From assembly GCA_002269645.1 (NCBI GenBank), contig NIVC01000812.1, positions 1 through 64,000 on the forward strand: a stretch of 64,000 nt of DNA. The letters run 5' to 3'. Origin of the DNA: Macrostomum lignano. Lineage: Eukaryota. Every line of letters starts with the position of its first letter. Position 1 is the first letter of the stretch. The notes under the pieces are model-generated. The model did not search any database. It saw only the letters and a program-made list of their open reading frames with translations, and had not been told where the DNA came from. Both the position numbers and the translations under genes were made by a program. Shown here in pieces: positions 1 to 9,021 of this stretch.

Positions 1-964
1 GTTCAAGTCCGGCAAAGACCACACGGCCGGTTCAAGTCGACGTTAATAAGGTGGGATCTCTACCTCAACCGATCGATTTCAGGGTTTTGAAAGCACCGGC
101 GCGCTGGAACTTCCCTGTCAGGCTTCTGGGGATGTCCATATATCGATTTTATATCCTCAAGAATTCCTTGCAAAAGAATTTCGTCTTTTAGAATTCCTAA
201 AATACAATATTTATATCCACGGAATTCGGCCCAAGAAGTCTATTGAAATTACCAGTATCCACAGGATTCTTCCACTAAAACTTGTTTACTTCCGAAATGG
301 GAATATCCCACAATTTTAGAAATGGGAATTCCCCTAAAATTGGAATTCCCCTTAAATAAGAATTCCCCTTAAATGGGGATTTCCCTGAAATGGGAATTTT
401 CCTGAAATTGAGATTCCCCTGAAATGGGAATTTTCCTGAAATGGAGATTCCCCTGAAATGGGAATTTTCCTGAAATGGAGATTCCCCTGAAATGGGAATT
501 TTCCTGAAATAGAAATTTTCCTGAAATGGAGATTCCCCTGAAATGGGGATTCCTCTGAAATGGGAATTTCCCTGAAATTGGGATTTCCTGCCAGGTCTTT
601 TTCCTGTGTATGAGCCCCGCTAAGAAATTTCCTTTAAGATTTATACACCAAGAGATGCCCAACTACTGCCCCTGTCGCAGGTCACTACTGACCACAAAGC
701 TCTGACCAAGAAGGTCGCTGAGCTGGTGAAGGCCATCCGCAGCGACCCGGCCTTCGCTCCGGCCCGACCTGCTGGAGCGACTTGACGAACTGCAGCGTCA
801 GGACAGCCGCCTGGCTGAACTGCTGCAGACCGCGCGGCCAGTCAGGCTGAGGCTCTGGTTGCCAACAAGATCACCCGCCAGCAGTACCTGGACGCCGACG
901 CCAAGCACGTCAAGAACAAGGAGGACGCTGTGGCTCGCATCGAGCAGCTGGTTGAAGCCTGTAA
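1..964 (+). CDS. RPN1: Ribophorin I (OST subunit 1), 3' end only: probable exon 1-50 and terminal exon 681-964, with three 1-nt indels
   Basis: After cgcag acceptor (680), frame-corrected translation VTTDHKALTKKVAELVKAIRSD...DLLERLDELQRQDSRLAELL...EALVANKITRQQYLDADAKHVKNKEDAVARIEQLVEAL* matches the remembered RPN1 C-terminus (ETEHKALTSE...ERLVAGKLKKDTYIENEK...KIDHILDAL). Indels near 763 (+1), 835 (-1), 959 (-1). Donor aag|gtggga at 50/51. Confidence 0.8.
315..590. repeat. 17-bp minisatellite (GAAATGGGAATTTTCCT / GAAATGGAGATTCCCCT alternating) in RPN1 intron
   Basis: Tandem units visible directly; periodic ORF 369..662. Confidence 0.9.
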
Positions 965-1074
965 GCGGACTGGTGCGAGCTCTCGGACCGGGGCTGGCTT
1001 GACGCTGAGTGGTTGTTGGGCTAACACTGTCAGCTAGTAATATTCGGCTTCTGCATCCTACCGATACACTTGTA

Positions 1075-1432
1075 CCTGGATTTCAGATTATTATGCTGGG
1101 AATTCAGGTTGGGATCCTGGGATTTCAAATTGGGATCCTGGGATTTCAGGTTGGGGTGCTGGAATTCAGATTGAGATCCCGGGATTTCAGATTGGGATGC
1201 CGGGATTTCAGATTGAGATCCTGGGATTTCAGATTGAGATTTCAGGTTGGGATGCTGGAATTCAGATTGAGATCCTGGGATTTCAGATTGAGATCCTGGG
1301 ATTTCAGATTGGGATGCCGGGATTTCAGATTGGGTTGCCGGGATTTCAGATTGGGATGCCGGGATTTCAGATTGGGATCCTGGGATTTTAGATTGGGATC
1401 GTGGGATTTCAAATCGGGATTCTGGGATTTCA
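1075..1432. repeat. 21-bp minisatellite (GGGATTTCAGATTGGGATGCC-like)
   Basis: Tandem units visible; 7-aa periodicity in several ORF frames. Confidence 0.9.
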
Positions 1433-2869
1433 AGTTGTTAGTGAAAATATTTGCACCTTAATTACCTTTCTTTACTGCCATGCCGCCCCAAGTTTCATAT
1501 AGTTGGTCTGAGAAGAATAAGTTCCGGTTCTGCCGTTATCAACTCTGTTTAGCTAATTAAAAAATAAAATAAATAATTGGTTTCCAGAACTTTTGCTTTA
1601 TCTTCGCCTTGCTAGCTGTTTCTTAGAAAAATAGACTCAATAAGTTTGTACTCGTATGGTAGCCATTGTTGCTTTATGTTATACTCGTATCTGTTCTGCT
1701 TTGCAATAAATATTCAAATTCTACCAGCTTCAGCTCGATCAAAACTCTATTTGACGCGAAAGCTTATAGTAACCTGATTAGTAATTCTATTAAATAGCCG
1801 CATTACCTTTTGTTTCTAAAATATTTATGGCTATCTGTCACCCTATATTGGTGTTGTGCCAAATAACGCGGTGTTTTAGTCAGCTATAAAGCGCAAGGTG
1901 AACATTATTAATAACTGGGCTTGTCGCGTTGCCATATCGTGTTGAAATACAAAAAAATCAGGCAGGCCGTCAGTCATTTCAATTCCGCTCGTCATCTTTT
2001 GGTCAGCAGCCGCCTGTTGTTTTGCAGTGCTAAATTTGATTACAGTTTGCACTTTCTACTCAGACTTTGATTTTTTTTCAGTTGACTGGCTGAATTGTGA
2101 CCGCAAGACAAGATTCACTTTGGTGTGTGGCTGCATAGCACAAGACTGCATTGCAACTTAGTCTTGATTTAGATTGAGATTGATCACACCATAACTGTCT
2201 CTTGTGTGACTTTCAGTTTTACTGACTTGATGTGAAAACAAAAGCCACAGCAGCAGACTCAGTATGGAGGCGAGCATCGTCAGGTTTTTCTGCAGCCCCC
2301 CAAAGTTTTCCACGTGTCTGAGATGCAGCGTGTGCATCATTTTTGAAGCAAGCTTTGACGAAGAATTGCAGACAGTTTTGTTCTGTTTTTTTCTTCAGAT
2401 TTTGAGTCGGATTGCAAAACAGCTCAGCGCCTTCACTACTCTCTGATGCATATAAATTCATCCACTGGTGCACCTGTCAATCAGTGTTTTCTCTTGCTCA
2501 AACTTGATCCGTAGCTCAAGGCTTCAGCCAGCAGCAGCTGTTTAGATTGATCACCTGGAATTCACTATTCTGGTGATCATGAAGAGGAGAAACTTTGGTT
2601 GGGTTAACGGAAAAGCACACGAATATGCAGTAACACACCACTGGCTGTACACGAAGAGGCCCTGATTTCCTATGTCCAGGCTGACAGACTCCGTGTCTTT
2701 GTGGTCGACCCTAGCTCGGGCGTTATAATCTCTCGCGACAAGATCCCAGCCAGAATCGAACTCAGGAACTTGAGCGCGATTAGCCTCCGGACACTGAAAA
2801 TGAGTCTTTGCCTCACAATCTGAAGCCGTAGTAAGCGAAAATCCCAATCGATTTTAATTGACTGAATTT

Positions 2870-3145
2870 ATAATAATAATTGATTACACCTGCCCCAATT
2901 GGGCCAGGTGTGCAAACGACAGGAGCTCAACCGCAGCTATTGCGAGGCGTATCTGAAGGCGCATGCGTACGGCTGTTCAGTCCAAGGACTGGGGTTGCCA
3001 CACACACACCCTCAATTAACTCAGCTAATGCTGGCACCCATTTTAAAACTGGATGAACTGCAGCAATGCAGAGTTAAGTGTCTTGCTCAAGGACAAATTG
3101 TTCCAGTGGGATCGAGAACCCCTGATCATCAAATCGGTTAGACCT
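2870..3145 (-). mobile_element. SINE-like element (family A), copy 1
   Basis: Minus strand: B-box-like GGGGTTCTCGATCCC, then GTCCTTGAGCAAGACACTTAAC, a 3' hairpin ACACCTG..CAGGTGT and an (ATT)n tail. The 3' part recurs at 38519-38655. Confidence 0.65.
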
Positions 3146-3188
3146 ACAGTTATTTTGGTAAAAAAAGTTGCTCGCAAGACTTTGTTAA

Positions 3189-4328
3189 TCAAGGAGCACC
3201 TCCGCACACCTGCAGCATCATCTGCATCACATGGAGAGCCTTGTATCTTCCAATGCAAGACGAGGCCATGAAGGAGGCGCCGGACGCCTTAGTGAATGAG
3301 TGCAGACCGTTCGGGTTGGAGTTCATGCACGTTTCCCACCAGTAGCCGCCGCCATCGAAGTTGCTGCTGCAGCTCGATCCGAAAGCACCGTCGTCCCTGT
3401 CGAAGGTGGAGAACGGCCGGCCTTTAGCTGAGTACAGAAAGTCGCAGTTAATGGTGGAGTTGGCGCTGATGAGGAAGCTGGCGTAGTTCATCCTGTAATT
3501 CGTGCTAAAGTCCCCGACGGTGAAGCCGAGCCACTCGAGCGCGTAGAACTCTCCGTCGAAGGTCTGGGTCTCGACTCGGAGTTGCTTAGCGCCGGTCACA
3601 GTAACACTGCGGATGCTCTCGAATCCTGCAGTTGACGGGAGAGAATCCTTTCGATTGCTTCTGGTGTCCTAAGAAGACTGGCCAATCGGACGGCGGACTC
3701 ACCAATCCAGAACTCGACGGCATTCCCGAAGCCGCTAGCGTAGTCGGTCCAGTTCCTGCCGAAGGCGATCTCTCCCGTCTGTCGCCGCTGGAACACCCAG
3801 AATGTCCGGCCGCCGATCTGCTGCTGGTAGCCGGGACTTTTTCGGGAAAAACTGCATGATATGGTGGAAGGAGTGCGGTTTATGGGAATGATGAATTAGA
3901 AATCACCATTTTGTTCGCCGACGGTCATGCTTTCCAAGCCAGCAAGGCTACAATGTAAAAAACTCGCCACTGCGCTTCATGTACACAACTGCAGCAGATG
4001 GTGCGGAACAGCTTATGCTCGTGCTGTCGGACAGGACGCAGACTCCGTTGATGAAGCTGAATGAGAACATGTCGCCAGCTTGACCGCATTTCATAGCGCA
4101 CTCGATTTCGCCTCGAGCGCTCACGGAGATCGAGCTGGCTGAGCAGGAGAATTTTGCAGCGGCTAAGTCGAACTCGAATACTATGAGATGATTGATCAGT
4201 TCGTGAGATATCAATATCTGGTATGTAAAATTTACATTCACAGGTAGACAATTTACCGGTTGCTTACCTGGATTAGCGGCTGCAGCAGCAGTCACAAGCA
4301 GCAGCAGACTGAGTAGTGGTGCGAGCAT
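3189..4328 (-). CDS. Secreted PAN/apple-like + fibrinogen-related domain protein (FReD gene 1); exons 4328-4268, 4180(or 4217)-3968, 3851-3703, 3625-3189
   Basis: Signal peptide MLAPLLSLLLLVTAAAAANP; IECAMKC...SFSFINGVCVLS; FReD motifs FQRRQTGEIAFGRNWTDYASGFG, FSTFDRDDG, GGGYWWETCMNSNPNG. Intron 2 donor is GCGAGT (GTGAGT in paralogs). The PAN frame is 1 nt out of phase with the FReD. GTG TGC replaces the GTG TGA stop of the paralogs, adding CGGAP. Confidence 0.85.
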
Positions 4329-5129
4329 CGTTGCGAGTTGCTATGCAGCTCTTTCCAACTTTCTCGATTTCCGAGAACTCGGGTTTTTCTTCTAGTTGGC
4401 GGATTCAGTTTTTTTCGGCGATTCCTAGCAACGAGTTTGCGATGGATTTTCCTAGTTTTTCGTTGCTGCACAGCTGTTTTTGTTTATAGCTGAGTATTCT
4501 AATAAAGGGATTATAAAAAGTATCAATTCTCGATGTTTGACTGTTGGGAGATCCACAGGCGCACCTGTCAATCATGTTTTACCTATTGTCAGGCACGTCA
4601 CGCCGGCGGGGAATAATGTGATATAATTCAATCATTGAAAAGGACACCGTGTTTGCCTTCTCAGTCAGTCCAATATGGTTAATCTAATACATTGAGCTCT
4701 TTAGACATTCCGATCCTTGGTCTACTGAAGGAGCGCTACCATTGAGGTTGCAAATCTAATATAACCCAATTGTTTTCGGTTTGGTGCATGGAAGCCGATC
4801 GCTACAAACCTTTTCCGGGTTATCAGCTGAGCAATACTAGCGACCTGAAGTCTATGCACACGCTGCTCGCACAGGTACGGTTGTACAGACTCGTAGAGTG
4901 CAAAAGCATTTGACGTAATAAAAATCCGGGGATTTATGCTGAAACATTCAAATGTTTTTATAGCACAAGTTACCTGACCTATAGCTATGAAAAGCTTTGA
5001 AATCTTCAGAAAATATAGAATTATCGAGCTTAAATCAACCGAGTATCTTACAAAAAGCAGCAGCTGCACAGGATGCAGGAAGGAGTTTAAAATGATGCAG
5101 GAAATGCATTCTGAATACCCGAGGGTCTT

Positions 5130-5530
5130 AAGAGACTGAGCAACGGCCAATACCGGTTCGTCCGCTTCCTGCCTGCACTCCACACCGCGGACCCCGCGCA
5201 TTGCACTACGTCTCGACCGGCCTGCTGAAAGGAGCCGCCCTGCAAGATGCTCGCTTAGTAGGAAATGATTCGGGCGTTGTTTCAAGCCGAAAGCAGAATG
5301 CCGTGTCTCCACTCCGCAGGTGCTGCCACACAAGGTCCTCTGTCACCTCGCTCGCCCACCTTCCAGCGGGCAGTGTGGCAGTGTGGTATTCCCTGCATCT
5401 GGGGAATCGCACGAAAAACCTCTCATCCAATTTCACGCACAAGCCCCAAAGAATGCGGCCGCGCACGGGATCGAACCCGGGGTCGTGGCTCGAGAATCGG
5501 ACGCGTTTACCGCTGAGCTGCTCCGCTCTC
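5130..5530 (-). mobile_element. tRNA-derived SINE-like element (family B); 3' boundary uncertain
   Basis: Minus strand from 5530: GAGCGGAGCAGCTCAGCGGTAAACGCG (A box) ... CCCGGGTTCGATCCCG (B box). Anticodon stem does not pair; followed by a GC-rich body. Confidence 0.55.
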
Positions 5531-6155
5531 TGCTGCACTGTCATGTACGAGCGTAATTTTGATTTTAAAAAATTGTGCCAACAGTCATGGTGAGAGAAAT
5601 CTGTCTCAAATTTTATTTGGAAGATAAATCACCTGTATTTTCTGGTTAAGTCAGAGCAAGGCTTTCACTCTACGAAAACAATAAAGTGTCCTAGGGAAGC
5701 ATGCAGCAGCCTCAATGTTTAATCAATAACCAGACATGCAATGAGTTCTACTCTTCGATCAGCACTTCTGCCCAACTCTCATGTCTGCTCTGACAGCAAT
5801 AAATTCTATTCAGACAGTTTAATATCTGCACGTTTCCGCAATGGCAACAAAGCGTGGCGACTGCGTGAGACATTATTTCTGTGTTCCAGAGGGTGTCGCC
5901 TGGGCCCACTCTGCAGGCACCAGTTGCTGGAAGGCCGGTTGTCAAGAAGCTCATCTCGCATCTCTCACTGCCATGAGAGCCAAGAAGTTTGGGATGAGGA
6001 CATTGTTCGCAGGCTCAGCCAGGCAGATAAAGCCTGAGCCATCGGCCGTGACAGAAACGCAAGAAAGCCAAGCTGCATTTAAGCAGAAGAAGAACAAGGC
6101 CAGTTGCCTGGAAGAAAGCAACAGAAAGAAAATAATTGAAATTGTCCCTGAAGAA

Positions 6156-7493
6156 ATGAAACTCCTTGCTTTTCTCAGTCTGCAGTTTTTTGCTGCCTTT
6201 GCAGCTGCCTCAGGTGAGTTCAGGTCCGGTTTGTTAAGCGATCATTAAATACTTAATACTCGTAACAACTCAAATACGGTCCGGTAACAAATTTCAATAC
6301 AGACTTGAACAACAACATCGCCAGCATCGAATTTGACGCGGTCACCGCGAAAGCCTCCTGCGATGCCAGCTCGGTCACCGTGAGCGCTCGCAGCGACATC
6401 GAGTGCGCAGTGAAATGCGCTCAGGCCGGCGACAGCCTCTCCTACAGCTTCATCAACGGAGTCTGCGTCCTGTCCGACAATGCTGACTGCGCCGCATCCG
6501 GTGCTGCGACCGTGTACCGGATGCGCGCTGCACCGGGTGAGTAACTAAAGTTCAGATTATCCTTCTAACCGACTTTCAATGCTTTCAATGCTGTACTATT
6601 TGAACTCCAGACGCAACAGCTGCCATCGAAGCTACTGAAACTACCAGAATTTCTGAACCTACCGGATCACCTGAAACGGATGAAGAAACGCCGGAAACTA
6701 CCGGAACATCTGAAGCTACTGAAACGTCTGAAACTACCGAGGCCACCGGAATGAGTTCAAGCAACCCGACTGGCATGCTGATCGGGCTTTCGGATACCAG
6801 CAGCAGATCAGTGGCCGGACATTCTGGGTGTTCCAGCAGAGACAGACGGGTCAAATCGCCTTCAACAGGAACTGGAATGACTACGTCAGCGGCTTCGGGA
6901 ATGCCACGGAGTTCTGGGCTGGTGAGTGTCTTCAGTTTCAAAAGCAAGGCATTGCCGTTTTATTGAAATTTTACATTTGAACTGTGAAAGTTCGAGAGTA
7001 TATTGGCTCGTGAGGGTGTGGCTCTTCATAACAGATCATGTTGAAGAGTTAACAAGTTCCTGTCAAAACTTCAGGCCTCGAAAGCATCCACAATGTGACT
7101 GCAACCAGCCCGAGAAACCTGCGAATCGAGATCCTGACTTTCGACGAAGATTTCTACGTCTTCGAGTGGCTTGGCTTCACTGTTGGGAATTCTAGCACGA
7201 ACTACAGGATGAACTTCGGCAGCTTCCTCAGCGCCAACTCTACCATGAGCTGCGACTTTTTGTCGACGGCTCGCGGCCAGCAGTTCTCCACCTTCGACAG
7301 GGACAACGACGCTTCTTCCACCAGCTGCAGCACCAAGTATGGGAGCGGCGGCTACTGGTGGAAATCTTGCATGAACTCCAACCCGAACGGTGTGCACTCA
7401 GCCACGCAGGCGTCCGGTTCCTCCTACATGGCCTCGGCTTGCATTGGAAGCTACAAGGCTTTCCGTGAGATGCGGATGATGCTGCAGGTGTGA
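6156..7493 (+). CDS. Secreted PAN/apple-like + T/E-rich linker + FReD protein (FReD gene 2); exons 6156-6213, 6303-6536, 6611-6921, 7075-7493; -1 frameshift near 6750
   Basis: Signal peptide MKLLAFLSLQFFAAFAAAS; IECAVKC...SYSFINGVCVLS; linker ATAAIEATETTRISEPT; FReD YQQQISGRTFWVFQQRQ, FSTFDRDNDA, GGYWWKSCMNSNPNG, MRMMLQV*. All introns GT-AG, phase 1. Confidence 0.85.
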
Positions 7494-9021
7494 ATTTTAG
7501 GCTGCCATGGTTTCAGCTGAAGTTAATCTACTACGTTTAGTCTTCACGGGAAAACCGATGTTGCTTTTTTTGTTCAGAAAATCAGAGAAGTTTTAATAAT
7601 TCTACGAGATTTTTTTTGCCGATCGAGATTTCTGCAAAAACAGAAGTATAATTTTTCTTTTTTAAATAATCTAATATGCAAACTCAAAGCGTCACAGCCT
7701 TCAAAACCCAATCCCAACCCCCAGAACTGAATCCCAACCTATCTACAAAAAGTTGATCTAAGCTTCTTAAAAATATTATTTTATACGAGGAAACTGTTCT
7801 CCATCTAAATAAAATCAGCACATACCTGAAAAATATTTTATTATCTGACAGTCCATTGCAATCTCAAATGTGATGTTGTCATGGCTTCGCTTCTTCATGT
7901 GAGCGTGTCGAACTTCTCCAATGGAATTCTCAGTGGGAAACTGATACACATTACGCTTCGGGCAAAATATTTAGAAACAGGAACTTCTGAAACCGATCGA
8001 AACCTTGGTGCCATCCGTTAAAGGAGGCGACGACGTCTGAATGACGACTGAATACTTGAGAGACTGGCTGGGGATGCCTAGCAGTTGAGGCCTGATCAGA
8101 GACTTCAGAGAAATTCGCAACAGGGTGTTCATAGTCACCTGGGGCCAGCTTGTTGAAAGCCATTGACCAACTAAAGTCAGAGCTAATTGAGACATATGTC
8201 TTCGTCAAGGCTGCACTGAGAAGCAGTGCTGAACATTGAATACACTAGCGCTTAAGGGAAGAATCCGACCTTCAAATCGTTGCCTGTCTCGACGGTCTGG
8301 AGGGCTGAGACTTAATTCTTATTTGAGAAGGTGCGCGAAAAAATTTAGTCCGTTTTTTTGAAATTCGTGTGTCTGCGTTAATGGGTCCTGTACGAGGAGG
8401 ACCATTAAATTATAATATAATTTGGTCCCAAATCAAAGCAATTTGAACACATAGACTGCAAAGAATTGGTGCGATGTATTTTAAAGTAATTCAATGACAG
8501 AATTTGGAGCCAAGTGCGCGCCTGTCCCCGCCAGTATAGGGTGGCCTGTAGCATCAGAGGCAGCATCTCCTGCACCAGCTGCGACTTCACCTGACAGGCA
8601 ATACAGTGTCACACACGCACATCACGCAGCCATACAAAACGCCGGTTTCCTTTGCTGAATTCATCAAATAAAGTACGTGTATCTAAGGGGTCTATTCACA
8701 TGAGACTCTTCGAAAGAATTCACTCGTAGGTAAGTTCTATGATGGATTTTACGAGCTACCAGTATATTGATTTTCTCTAGAAGAGGCAGGTTGAAGGGGG
8801 ACAGCATCCTGCCGACTGTAAAGGCTAAACTAGAAAGTCTGTTGAAGAGGCAAATACTGCATACAGAGCATGAGTGTTTGATTTGCTATCTTGATAAACC
8901 CCTGAAATCCAAGACACCGGCCGGCCCAGAAGTATTTCTCATAGTAAATAATTCTGGCATAAAATCCTTGACAAACCATGAAATTTTGGTCCATTCTCCA
9001 GCGCCTGCCCGACTATCCAGC

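Noticed and set aside
2551-2847. 98-aa minus-strand ORF with coding-like composition
   Set aside because: No recognisable family, no clear acceptor or start, and no link to a gene model; would need RNA-seq.
4722-5333. 203-aa minus-strand ORF between the FReD genes
   Set aside because: Non-ATG start, overlaps the SINE-like element, and has no domain signature.
5461-5530. Functional tRNA gene
   Set aside because: A and B boxes are present but the anticodon and acceptor stems do not pair; treated as a SINE head.
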